Under the pieces are notes generated by a model, which did not search any database, was not told where the DNA came from, and saw only the letters and a list, made by a program, of their open reading frames with translations. A stretch of 64,000 nucleotides of DNA from Methanothrix sp. (GTDB taxonomy: Archaea > Halobacteriota > Methanosarcinia > Methanotrichales > Methanotrichaceae): the NCBI GenBank assembly GCA_963682135.1, contig OY821645.1, forward strand, positions 320,001 through 384,000, read 5' to 3'. Shown here piece by piece: positions 1 to 9,526 of the stretch (position 1 is the stretch's first letter; every line of letters starts with the position of its first letter). Position numbers and translations under genes: made by a program.

Positions 1-2680
1 GATAGCGGCGAGCCGGGTTTGGCTGGCTGGACCATCAGGCTCATAAAAGAGGGAACAGAGATCTCCAGCACATTTACGGACGCCGATGGCAGCTATTCGT
101 TTGCACGCATAGCGCCCGGCAGCTACAGTGTGGTGGAGGATGTCAAGGACGGCTGGACCCAGTCTTATCCGCCCTCCGGAAAGCATACTTTTTCTCTGGC
201 ATTTGGAGAATTCGGCCGGAGCGGCCTTAATTTTGGCAACTTCAGACCAACTGGTTTTGCCGGGACCAAGTTCGAAGATCTCAACGGCAATGGCGCTAAA
301 GACAGCGGTGAGCCCGGACTCTCTGGCTGGACTATCAGGCTCATGAAAGAAGGCGCACTTGTCTCCAGCACAGTGACGGCTGCCGACGGATCATATTCTT
401 TCACAGGCATTTCTCCCGGCAGCTACACTGTCGAAGAGTCAGCCCAGTCCGGCTGGACCCAGTCTTATCCCGCAACACCTGGAACCCATGAAATTACTCT
501 GGTTTCCGGAGTTGCCGGACCAATTAATATCGATTTCGGCAACTACTGGTCAACCGGTTTGTCCGGCATGAAGTTTGATGACAAGAACGGCAACGGTGCC
601 AAAGATAGCGGCGAGCCGGGCCTTGAGGGCTGGACAATTAAGCTCATGAGCGGTGCAACCGAGGTTGCCAGCACAGTGACTGCCGCCGATGGCAGCTATT
701 CGTTTACTAACATCGTTCCCGGAGAATACACGGTTGAAGAAGTGCTTCAGTCTGGCTGGCTTCAGACCTATCCGACAGCACCTGGAACCCATGCAGTAAT
801 TCTGGTCTCAGGAGTTGCCGGACGAACAGACCTCGATTTCGGGAACTGGAAGACCACTGGCCTCTCCGGCGTGAAATTTGAGGATCTCAATGCCAATGGC
901 GCGAAAGATAGCGGAGAGCCGGGCATCGCAGGCTGGACCATCAAGCTCATGAATGGCGCAACCGAGGTTGCAGGCACAGTGACCGCCGCTGATGGCTCAT
1001 ATTCGTTTGCAGGAGTTGTGCCCGGCAGCTACACCGTGCAAGAGGATGCCCAGGCCGCCTGGACGCAGTCCTATCCTGCCTCACCAGGCACATATCCCGT
1101 AACTCTGGTCTCAGGTGTTGACGGTCCGAAAGATCTCGATTTCGGAAACTGGCGAAAAACCAGTCTTTCCGGCATGAAGTTTGATGATATCAACGGCAAC
1201 GGAGTCAAAGACAGCGGAGAGCCGGGCATCGCAGGCTGGACCATTGTGCTGAAAAAAGATGGCGCACAGGTCGATAGAAAAGTAACCAACTCCGATGGAG
1301 CCTACTCGTTTGCAGACATTGTTCCCGGCAGATACACCGTCGAAGAGGAAGCTCAGGATGGTTGGCTTCAGACCCGTCCTGCCTCGCCGGGCGTATATTC
1401 CTTGGATCTGCTCTCGGGAATAGCAGCATCGAATATCGATTTCGGCAACTACTGGTCAACCGGTTTGTCCGGCATGAAGTTCGAGGACAAGAACGGCAAC
1501 GGCGCAAAAGATAGCGGCGAGCCTGGCCTCTCCGGCTGGACCATCAGGCTCATGAAAGATGGAACCGAGGTTGCCAGCACAGTGACTGCCGCCGATGGCA
1601 GCTATTCGTTTACTAACATCGTTCCCGGAGAATACAAGGTTGAAGAAGTGCTTCAGTCTGGCTGGCTTCAGACCTATCCGGCAGCACCTGGAACCCATGC
1701 AGTAATTCTGGTCTCAGGAGTTGCTGGACCAACAAACCTCGATTTCGGCAACTGGAAGACCACTGGCCTCTCCGGCGTGAAATTTGAGGACCTCAACGTC
1801 AATGGCGCGAAAGATAGCGGAGAGCCGGGCATCGCAGGCTGGACCATCAAGCTCATGAATGGCGCAACCGAGGTTGCAGGCACAGTGACCGCCGCTGATG
1901 GCTCATATTCGTTTGCAGGAGTTGTGCCCGGCAGCTACACCGTGCAAGAGGATGCCCAGGCCGCCTGGACGCAGTCCTATCCTGCCTCACCAGGCACATA
2001 TCCCGTAACTCTGGTCTCAGGTGTTGACGGTCCGAAAGATCTCGATTTCGGAAACTGGCGAAAAACCAGTCTTTCCGGCATGAAGTTTGATGATATCAAC
2101 GGCAACGGAGTCAAAGACAGCGGCGAGCCTGGCCTCCCAGGCTGGACCATCAGGCTCATGAATGGCGCAACCTTGGTTGCCAGCACAAAAACTGCCGACG
2201 ATGGCAGTTACTCGTTTGCAGACATTGTTCCCGGCAGATACACCGTGGAGGAGGTTGCCCAGGATGGCTGGCTTCAGACCCGTCCTGCCTCGCCGGGCGT
2301 ATATTCCCTGGATCTGCTCTCGGGAATAGCTACAACGAACATCGATTTCGGCAACTTCAAAGCAGGCGGCTTTGCCGGAATAAAGTTCGAGGATAAGAAC
2401 GGCAACGGCCTCAGAGACAGCGGCGAGCCCGGCCTGCCCGACTGGACCATTGTTCTGATCAAGGACGGCGCTGAGGTTGCCAGCACAGTAACAGCCTCCG
2501 ATGGTTCCTATTACTTCGCCAACGTAGCTCCCGGCAGCTACACAGTCAAGGAGAAGCCTCAAGACGGATGGACAGAGACCTCTCCCGCCGGCGATACCTA
2601 CACTGCCGTCTCCAGCAGTGGCCAGGTTAAGATAACAAGAGCGGACCAATCAGAAGTTCCTGCGATTGAGGCCAACTTTG
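1..2680 (+). repeat. Tandem ~303-bp SdrD-B coding repeats, including a near-identical 906-bp (3-unit) duplication
   Basis: Near-identical shadow ORFs are offset by 906 bp (550/1456, 768/1674, 1071/1977). Confidence 0.9.
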
Positions 2681-5298
2681 GCAACCGCAAGCTTGTGGAG
2701 GCTTTCAGGGTTGAGATAGTCGCCGATCACCAGACGGTCTTGCCAGGCGAGAATCTCGTCTTTACCATCACCATCAACCGTGTGGGAGATATCCTGCTCG
2801 ATAGCCTGAGCACGCAATACACTCTGCCAAAAGGCCTGAAGTACGTATCCGCAAACCCCATCCCGCAACAAATAATCGAGAATCCCGACGGCAGCACCAC
2901 CCTCATCTGGACTGATATTGCCTTCAGCTCACTTCTCGCAGCCCAACTGGCCAGTTCTCAGGACGTGTCTGCGAGCCCAACAGATGCTTCCGCGCTTTCG
3001 ACTATCATAACCGTGAACTCGGAGGTCCAACCGGACGCGCCGCCTATCCTGACCGGCGTAGTAGAGGTGGAGGGCAGCACAATCGAGGCAGAAGTGGACA
3101 AGGCCAAGGACACTGTCTCTGTGAGCGTGCCTTCTCAGCCTATCTACCTGAACAAGACCTCCGACCAGAAGGAGGTCTGGCCGGGAGGTACCATCGGATA
3201 CACCATCAATTACCAGAACCTGGTTAGCCTCCCATTAACCCAAGTTACGATCACCGAGCAGGCCTCTTCCGATCTCATCTTCCTATCCGCCTCGCCTGCT
3301 CCAGACCAGGGCACGGATAACGTCTGGAGCATTGGCGATCTGGCAGCTCACGGAAAGGGCACCATCAGCGTCCTCTTCCAGGTTAAGAACGCTTCTAACC
3401 TGAGCTTCTTGAGCCAGTCTTCCGTCTCGGGCAGCGGATTTGCGAGCACCTACCGCCGTCTCTCCACAGAGACGCAGAACCAGATCTTGAAAAATAGCGT
3501 CACCCTGACCTGCAAGGAGTTCTCGCCCGTCTCCACATCCTATTTCGTCAAGCTGCGGAATAGCGATGGAACGAGCCTTCTCAAGACGGAGCACGGCAGC
3601 GGCGAGTACAGCAGCGAAGAACTGGCCTCTCTGCAGATGCAGAACCGCTCGATAAGCAGCACGGGCTCGCTCAAGGCCGTCTACCGGCCCACCAGCTTCG
3701 CTCTGCCCGGAGGCAGGTCGATAAATTACAGCAGCGAGATCTCCTCACTGACCAGAAGCCGCAACCGGGCCACCCAGGCCTCGACCAGCAATGAGATCCG
3801 ATATTCTAAGAGCCTGGAGATGGACGAACGGCTCCTTATCGACAAGAACGAGACTTCTATCTCAGTCGAAGGCTCTCTACAGGGCCAAGCTCATCTGGGC
3901 GTCCTCAAAAAAGACGGCCAAGCGGTCAAGCCCGCCCCAATCTTCGAATCCTCTCAGGACTACACCGGAGCCTTCCGGTTCAACCAGAGCCTTGAGGACT
4001 ACGGCGGCAATGTTCGCCTGATTGGCAATGCCTCCGGCCAGGGCAAGGCAGCCAGCGACCAGCGCCTCAAGAAGAGCCAGAGAAGCTACGAGCACGGTAA
4101 CGGCAGCTACGAGAGCGAGCAGCAGGCCAGCACCGCAGAGAGCTACCTGGCCAAGGATCTCTCTGTCCGCTCAGATCCAGCGTACGGCTACGGCAAATGG
4201 CAGTCGGGCATCTGGTCGAAGAGCTCAGGCAAGAGCTACCTGGGCCAGCAGATCAGCGGCGCCGATTACATCAAAGAGGAGACAAAAGCATCAGGGTTGA
4301 ACGATCTGTCCAGCAACATCAGCTATCGGGGTCAGGGCAGCTTCCGGACGATCTCCGAGCCGGACAACAGAAGTGCTCTGGACCTGGACGAGGAGTACGT
4401 GGGCGAGTATTCCATTCAGCGCAAGGTCCGCCTGGGCGGAGTCTCTCGCTTCGACCGGCCTCACCTCACCCTGAACAAGACCGGCCGAATGGAGGATGGA
4501 AGGGCAGCCGCGGATTACACCATCGCCATCCTCAATGACGGCAACACCGCTCTGGGCCCGGTCTACGTCTGGGACATCTTCCCGGCGGGTACCGATTACC
4601 TCGGCTCGTCGCTCAAGCCCACCCGGCTGCAGCCGGGCTACGCGAATTGGTCGCTGCTCTACCTGGGCATAGGCCAGTCTGTGACCATCAACCTGCGGCT
4701 GAATGTAACCGACTCCCAGGATGAGCTGGTCAACCTGGTCTACGCCTCAGGTGGACATAATGACGAGTGGGTGACTGCCGGAAATATGAGCGTCATCCAG
4801 TTCGGCTGGCTGGGATGCTGCCAGCCAGATCTGCTCCTGGAAAAGCAAGCACGAATTGACGCCGCGGACAACCGGCTCATATGGTATCGCATCCTTTTGC
4901 AGAACCGGGCTAATGTGAGCCTTGTAGCAGAGGTCAGAGACAGCCTGCCCACGGGACTAAGGATCCTGAATACATCTGCCGAGCCCCAGGTAGAGGGACA
5001 GGATCTGGTCTGGGTGACGACAGCCATACCTGCCGGCGAGAGCCGGTTCATTGAATACCGGGCCCAGGCCGTGCAGAATGGAAAGTTCGTGAACACCGCT
5101 CGGGTGGAGGCTCATGCTCTGGACGGATCAGGCGGGGCATCGACAGAGGCCAGCGCCACGGTAACGGTAGGCGAGGCGACATCTTACGCAGAGGATGGCT
5201 GGAAGCCTCCGGAGTGGGGGCTGGACAGATCTGAGGTGATCTGCGACGATGTGATTGCCGGGAATGGAGGAAGCTGTAGCTGCCCTCTGAGCGAATAA
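1..5298 (+). CDS. Giant surface protein, 5' truncated by the window: at least 9 SdrD B-like (Cna-B) repeats, DUF11-like domains, Gly-turn beta-rich module, Cys-containing tail
   Basis: Frame is open from base 1. Repeats read KFEDxNGNGxKDSGEPGLxGWTI...GSYSF...PGxYTVEE...DFGN. DUF11-like segments read LNKT/LEKQ...YTI...N...D.LP.GL. Paralogous to 33226-40080. Confidence 0.9.
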   Translation, partial: DSGEPGLAGWTIRLIKEGTEISSTFTDADGSYSFARIAPGSYSVVEDVKDGWTQSYPPSGKHTFSLAFGEFGRSGLNFGNFRPTGFAGTKFEDLNGNGAKDSGEPGLSGWTIRLMKEGALVSSTVTAADGSYSFTGISPGSYTVEESAQSGWTQSYPATPGTHEITLVSGVAGPINIDFGNYWSTGLSGMKFDDKNGNGAKDSGEPGLEGWTIKLMSGATEVASTVTAADGSYSFTNIVPGEYTVEEVLQSGWLQTYPTAPGTHAVILVSGVAGRTDLDFGNWKTTGLSGVKFEDLNANGAKDSGEPGIAGWTIKLMNGATEVAGTVTAADGSYSFAGVVPGSYTVQEDAQAAWTQSYPASPGTYPVTLVSGVDGPKDLDFGNWRKTSLSGMKFDDINGNGVKDSGEPGIAGWTIVLKKDGAQVDRKVTNSDGAYSFADIVPGRYTVEEEAQDGWLQTRPASPGVYSLDLLSGIAASNIDFGNYWSTGLSGMKFEDKNGNGAKDSGEPGLSGWTIRLMKDGTEVASTVTAADGSYSFTNIVPGEYKVEEVLQSGWLQTYPAAPGTHAVILVSGVAGPTNLDFGNWKTTGLSGVKFEDLNVNGAKDSGEPGIAGWTIKLMNGATEVAGTVTAADGSYSFAGVVPGSYTVQEDAQAAWTQSYPASPGTYPVTLVSGVDGPKDLDFGNWRKTSLSGMKFDDINGNGVKDSGEPGLPGWTIRLMNGATLVASTKTADDGSYSFADIVPGRYTVEEVAQDGWLQTRPASPGVYSLDLLSGIATTNIDFGNFKAGGFAGIKFEDKNGNGLRDSGEPGLPDWTIVLIKDGAEVASTVTASDGSYYFANVAPGSYTVKEKPQDGWTETSPAGDTYTAVSSSGQVKITRADQSEVPAIEANFGNRKLVEAFRVEIVADHQTVLPGENLVFTITINRVGDILLDSLSTQYTLPKGLKYVSANPIPQQIIENPDGSTTLIWTDIAFSSLLAAQLASSQDVSASPTDASALSTIITVNSEVQPDAPPILTGVVEVEGSTIEAEVDKAKDTVSVSVPSQPIYLNKTSDQKEVWPGGTIGYTINYQNLVSLPLTQVTITEQASSDLIFLSASPAPDQGTDNVWSIGDLAAHGKGTISVLFQVKNASNLSFLSQSSVSGSGFASTYRRLSTETQNQILKNSVTLTCKEFSPVSTSYFVKLRNSDGTSLLKTEHGSGEYSSEELASLQMQNRSISSTGSLKAVYRPTSFALPGGRSINYSSEISSLTRSRNRATQASTSNEIRYSKSLEMDERLLIDKNETSISVEGSLQGQAHLGVLKKDGQAVKPAPIFESSQDYTGAFRFNQSLEDYGGNVRLIGNASGQGKAASDQRLKKSQRSYEHGNGSYESEQQASTAESYLAKDLSVRSDPAYGYGKWQSGIWSKSSGKSYLGQQISGADYIKEETKASGLNDLSSNISYRGQGSFRTISEPDNRSALDLDEEYVGEYSIQRKVRLGGVSRFDRPHLTLNKTGRMEDGRAAADYTIAILNDGNTALGPVYVWDIFPAGTDYLGSSLKPTRLQPGYANWSLLYLGIGQSVTINLRLNVTDSQDELVNLVYASGGHNDEWVTAGNMSVIQFGWLGCCQPDLLLEKQARIDAADNRLIWYRILLQNRANVSLVAEVRDSLPTGLRILNTSAEPQVEGQDLVWVTTAIPAGESRFIEYRAQAVQNGKFVNTARVEAHALDGSGGASTEASATVTVGEATSYAEDGWKPPEWGLDRSEVICDDVIAGNGGSCSCPLSE

Positions 5299-5344
5299 TT
5301 AAGAAGATGGGCCTCAAGGAAAGTGGGGCCTATTCTCTCAAAGA

Positions 5345-6769
5345 TTATTCTCGGGAAATCTGCCGGCTCACCACGCTGTCCATGAGCGCCAGAAACTCCT
5401 GCTTGGCCTGGGGCGGAATGGTGGCCCCGGCAGCCACGTTGTGCCCCCCGCCCACGCCGCCCACTGCATGGGCACAGCGCGACAGGGCATCGGCCAGGTC
5501 CAGGCCGGAGCGCACCAGATCCTGAGTGCCTCGGGCCGAGACTTTGAGCTGCCCTTCTGCAGTCCTGGCAAAAGCAAGGATAGGCCGGGTGCGATCACCC
5601 ATCTGAAAGCTCATGCCGGCAACAATGCCCACGATGGTGTCCATTATGGCATCTCCGGCATCAAAGTACTGGATACTCTTGAGAGCTGTAATGCCGCTCT
5701 CGCGAACCAGCTTGAGGCCGTTCACCAGGTTCTGGCGGTGCTGGCCCAGCAGCCTCTGCGCCTCGCAAAAGGCCTTATCTCTGTCGCCCATGCACACCTG
5801 CAATCCCACGTCGGCATAACCGTAACGAGCGGTAGCATTGAGAAGAGTGGAGTACTCGCTGGCGTCCCGCAGCTCTGTTCCTTCCTGCTCGCCTAAGAGA
5901 ATGTACACCTCTCCGATCAGGCGCTCCAGCTTGACATTGGAAATGCCGCTTCTCAGGCCCTTGCGCAGGATGGCCGTTACAACGCTGGCCCTCTCTTCCT
6001 GAGATAGATCGATCCAGCGCCTCCACCTCTCTCCGCCCAGACGTATGCCTATCTCCTTAAGAAAGGCGATGCAGGCGTCCTCATTTCCCGAGAGTCCTGG
6101 CAGATACGGATCCGAAGAGTACTCCAGCATCTTGTAGACGGGACGGGTCTGTCTGCCAAAGAGCTTGATGTCGCGGGAGAAGGAAACAGCCCCGGCATTC
6201 CTGCCGATCTCCAGGATATGACGGTTGATGCCGACCAGCTGACCGCGTGCCATATCCTGCAGATCCCCCACCGCTCCCACCATCGCTAAGGCTGCCAGAT
6301 CATCATTGCTGCCCGGGGTGGATGCCAGAGCCCTGGCCAAGAGAAATGAGGTTCCGCTACCGCTGAGCTGTGTTGCCCCATCCGCACCTACCAGATGGGG
6401 ATTGATGTGGGCGATGGGCCGGGCTTCACAGGCAGCAGGTTTGTGATGATCGGCAACAACAGCCAAAAGGCGATGGTCGCATATCTGCGCAACCATTCCG
6501 CTGCCAAGATCTGTAAATATAACCAGGTCGGCACCATAATCAGCAACCTCGTTTAATGCCGTCTCATCAAGCTGGCGGAAAAATTTAGGCTGGAAGTCCA
6601 GGCCGCACCTCTCCAGGGCGGTGCAGACAATTGCCGCTGCCGTGAGTCCGTCTGCATCTACATGAGAGACAACAAGAAGATTCTTTTTCGTCTTGATGAC
6701 CTCTGCAGGGCTCTTGCACAGCTCGCAAAGCGCGCTAAACTTCCCGGCGATCTCCTGGCTTTCTTGCAT
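5345..6769 (-). CDS. recJ: RecJ-like DHH/DHHA1 phosphoesterase (archaeal ssDNA exonuclease family)
   Basis: Motifs HVDADG, FTDLGSG, ADHH, GDLQD, SARG and GGGHNVAAGA. Confidence 0.9.
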   Translation of the reverse strand: MQESQEIAGKFSALCELCKSPAEVIKTKKNLLVVSHVDADGLTAAAIVCTALERCGLDFQPKFFRQLDETALNEVADYGADLVIFTDLGSGMVAQICDHRLLAVVADHHKPAACEARPIAHINPHLVGADGATQLSGSGTSFLLARALASTPGSNDDLAALAMVGAVGDLQDMARGQLVGINRHILEIGRNAGAVSFSRDIKLFGRQTRPVYKMLEYSSDPYLPGLSGNEDACIAFLKEIGIRLGGERWRRWIDLSQEERASVVTAILRKGLRSGISNVKLERLIGEVYILLGEQEGTELRDASEYSTLLNATARYGYADVGLQVCMGDRDKAFCEAQRLLGQHRQNLVNGLKLVRESGITALKSIQYFDAGDAIMDTIVGIVAGMSFQMGDRTRPILAFARTAEGQLKVSARGTQDLVRSGLDLADALSRCAHAVGGVGGGHNVAAGATIPPQAKQEFLALMDSVVSRQISRE

Positions 6770-6823
6770 ATATATCGTAACTTTAAGGGAGTGTTCAATA
6801 AATCTTTGCCATGCAGAGCGAAA

Positions 6824-7261
6824 CTAATCACTTTTTTCGCTGCTATTTTGCGGGGTAAGGTTTATCTTTGCGGCCCAGCTCGTCCCCAACAGGCGAAAGC
6901 TTCCTGGGATTATTTTCATCTGAGGATAGTCGCGAATAGTGATCTCGTGGGCGATAGGTGCTTTTGTAAAAAGGAACTGGTCTTCGATGGAGACGTTCTC
7001 TGAGTTATTGCTGGAAAAAACGTATTTGTTAACAACCTCTCCGCTTCCCCTTATTCTTCCCACTGCCTGCGTGCTCTCATCGGACCCCATCTTAAAATCG
7101 GTCATTACTGTTCCCGTGCCTATAACATTATGGCTGTAATCAATATCCATATTTGTAGAGGCGGCATATGCCCCTGCTATCATCATCAGAGCTAAAAACA
7201 GCAAGGCTAGTGGTAGCATAGCACAGCAATGCGGGAGCGAATGAGCATTTCTATTTTTCAT
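6824..7261 (-). CDS. Secreted hypothetical protein with Gly-turn beta motifs
   Basis: Signal peptide ending AYA. Motifs NVIGTG and IRGSG resemble the beta module of the giant proteins. Confidence 0.75.
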   Translation of the reverse strand: MKNRNAHSLPHCCAMLPLALLFLALMMIAGAYAASTNMDIDYSHNVIGTGTVMTDFKMGSDESTQAVGRIRGSGEVVNKYVFSSNNSENVSIEDQFLFTKAPIAHEITIRDYPQMKIIPGSFRLLGTSWAAKINLTPQNSSEKSD

Positions 7262-7389
7262 GTTTTCATTGCCTGAGCATCATGCCTTATCTTTATCCTT
7301 ATTTAAGTCTGCGCAAGCTTCATTTTCTGATATCGAGGCCTAAACAAAGAGACATTATTATATGGCAGAGAAAAATAACAAATAACCTC

Positions 7390-8163
7390 ATGACAACTCA
7401 AGAGACCACGAAGCCATTTAGCCAGCTAGACATCGCACCTACCGCAGCCCTTATCCTGGGCCTGCAGCTTCCCAAGCCAGACGGCCGTCCAATTGATCTT
7501 GCCGTGGCCATGGGCTGCAAAAATGTCGCAATCATTATTATCGACAGCCTGGGATATGATCTATTGATGTGGCTCTTGCCCACCCTGGAGAACATGAGAG
7601 GTCTAATTACTGTTGGGAAGCTCTTGCGCATAACTGCAGTATCCAATCACACTACTCCGGCCATCGCCAGCATACTGAGCGGACTGCTGCCAGAGCACCA
7701 TGAAATTTTCGATAAGGCGGGCGCAAAAGAGTCTCGCATCCTCAGCCTGCCGGAAATCGCAGCCATGTCCGGCCAAAGTTGCGCCGTGATAATGGAGCAA
7801 AACGGAGCCGATGTCTATCAGGGCCTGGTCGAGATGGTGCACGGCATATCAGACAGGATCCCATCGCAGGACTTTGATCGAGAGGCTTGCCGCATGACAT
7901 GCTTGGCACTTCAAGAGAGGCCCAGGCTTCTTGTCTCCTACTTCATAGGAATAGATAAGAGCGTTCACATGGGCCTGGGCCTGGAAGGGATTAGAGAAGC
8001 GGCTTTGCTTATTGATCGCTGCATAGGTGAGATCGTAAAGACGGCAAATGAAGAGACTCTATTCATCATCTGTGGGGATCATCCTATACACGCCGGGCCG
8101 CTAAAGAGAACCGGAGGACCTTACTGTGTGGCTATGATCCTGGCTTTCGGGAAGAGCGCATAA
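7390..8163 (+). CDS. Alkaline phosphatase / nucleotide pyrophosphatase superfamily protein
   Basis: Motifs IIIDSLG, TTPAIASILSGLLPEHHEI, IDKSVH and GDH. ATG 7390 is preferred over 7282. Confidence 0.8.
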   Translation: MTTQETTKPFSQLDIAPTAALILGLQLPKPDGRPIDLAVAMGCKNVAIIIIDSLGYDLLMWLLPTLENMRGLITVGKLLRITAVSNHTTPAIASILSGLLPEHHEIFDKAGAKESRILSLPEIAAMSGQSCAVIMEQNGADVYQGLVEMVHGISDRIPSQDFDREACRMTCLALQERPRLLVSYFIGIDKSVHMGLGLEGIREAALLIDRCIGEIVKTANEETLFIICGDHPIHAGPLKRTGGPYCVAMILAFGKSA

Positions 8164-8222
8164 ATGAGAATCTAGCGGGCTTTCGATAAGTTTAAATGCC
8201 CAAAGCGGATATTGTGAGTCCA

Positions 8223-8345
8223 ATGGATGAAGATCTTTCTGAGGTTTTTCAATTAATTGTCGAAGATGAACGCAAGCGCAGATATCTCAAGGAGGTCGGC
8301 GACTGGCTTGTAGAGGAATACTTCGAACTTCGTCAAGCATCTTGA
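8223..8345 (+). CDS. Putative 40-aa small protein (MDEDLSEVFQLIVEDERKRRYLKEVGDWLVEEYFELRQAS)
   Basis: Translated by hand. TATA-like TTTAAATG lies about 30 bp upstream and T-rich tracts follow. The sequence has an amphipathic helical pattern. Confidence 0.55.
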   Translation: MDEDLSEVFQLIVEDERKRRYLKEVGDWLVEEYFELRQAS

Positions 8346-8720
8346 ACCATTTATAAATTTCTTGCTTTTCTTTTATTTAAATTTCTGAGCAGGTTGCGCG
8401 GCAAATTCGCGCGCAATAATTCTCAATTTTTTGGTATTGGAGCAGACTTTTAGGTAATTTTTCCGAATAATTACGCATCTGTAGGTCGTTGTGAAATGGT
8501 TTCACAAGGGTAAGCGGCCCTCCGCGCATAGGCATAGGTCTTACTGATGGCTATTATTATGATAGTATTCGCCTGAAAATTCTTTTCACAACATATTATA
8601 ATGAGTTTTCCCTGTCTTAAGCATTCCTTGTGAAATACTATTCTGAGTACTATCAGGCCTTTATTTCGAAAAATAGCTTCAAATCATAGTTTTAAGCTAT
8701 TAACCACATCTACCAACTAT

Positions 8721-8737
8721 CAGAAAGGTTTATATAT
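8721..8737 (+). promoter_or_regulatory. BRE plus TATA box (CAGAAAGG TTTATATA)
   Basis: Close match to the archaeal promoter consensus. Confidence 0.65.
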
Positions 8738-9526
8738 CTCAAAACCTAGGTAAATAGTGTGCCAGAACGGCCAGACAACCTGTCTGAATACATCGGATAG
8801 GATGGCTAAAGAAGGCTTATTCGTCTGAGGGGATGGATGGACCTTGGCAATATATCAATGCAGTAAGAAAAGCGTATATGGTGGATAAATCTGAAAAATT
8901 TATTCGCCTTTGTGAAAGCATAACGTCACTGTAAGGGATGGCATGAGGAGTAGCAATGAAGGGGGAGATCGAAGCCTTGAAAGGCATCTTCGATATCCTG
9001 CAAAATGTGCTTCACAGTAATACACTTTCTTGCATATGGCACAAGGGGTAGCGAAAGGGAGTTCGTATCGGAAACGGACAATACGCCTGTACACAGACTG
9101 TTCACTGTCGGAAAGGGACGACTAAATAGCTCAGTTATGATGCAGACGATGGATTCCTTGGCCGATAAAATCCTTGTTGCTGGAAAGGGACGGCAATAAG
9201 GATTAGAAGGGAACGGCAAAGGATTGGGTCCGATACGAATTGTTGTAGGCCGGGATGTGAATACGAGGGCAATTGTCTACTGCTGTATTTCACAACCGGC
9301 CCGAAATTGGGGATGGCACGAGAATTTCAAGAGGGTAAAATTATGAGAGGGCATATCAAATTATTTACGCTGCAGATGAATCTAGATAGGGCCAGGCAAT
9401 ATAAAAATGCTGCTAGGACAGAAGATGCCTGCTTTGGCACCTGCCGAAATGAAGCCTCCTCTTTGCAGCATATATTCCTACCATCTTTGAAGATAACATC
9501 CGCAAGATGATTGAAGGGGGATTTAA

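Noticed and set aside
165-2649. Series of similar minus-strand ORFs (also plus-strand ORFs at 36986-39709)
   Set aside because: They are antisense shadows of the SdrD-B coding repeats.
8760-9300. RNase P or SRP RNA
   Set aside because: The conserved GAGGAAAGTCC and SRP helix 8 motifs were not found.
8350-9500. Possible replication origin (AT-rich DNA, GGAAA/G-rich motifs)
   Set aside because: No clear ORB consensus (TTCCAGTGGAAA plus G-string) and no cdc6/orc1 gene in the window.
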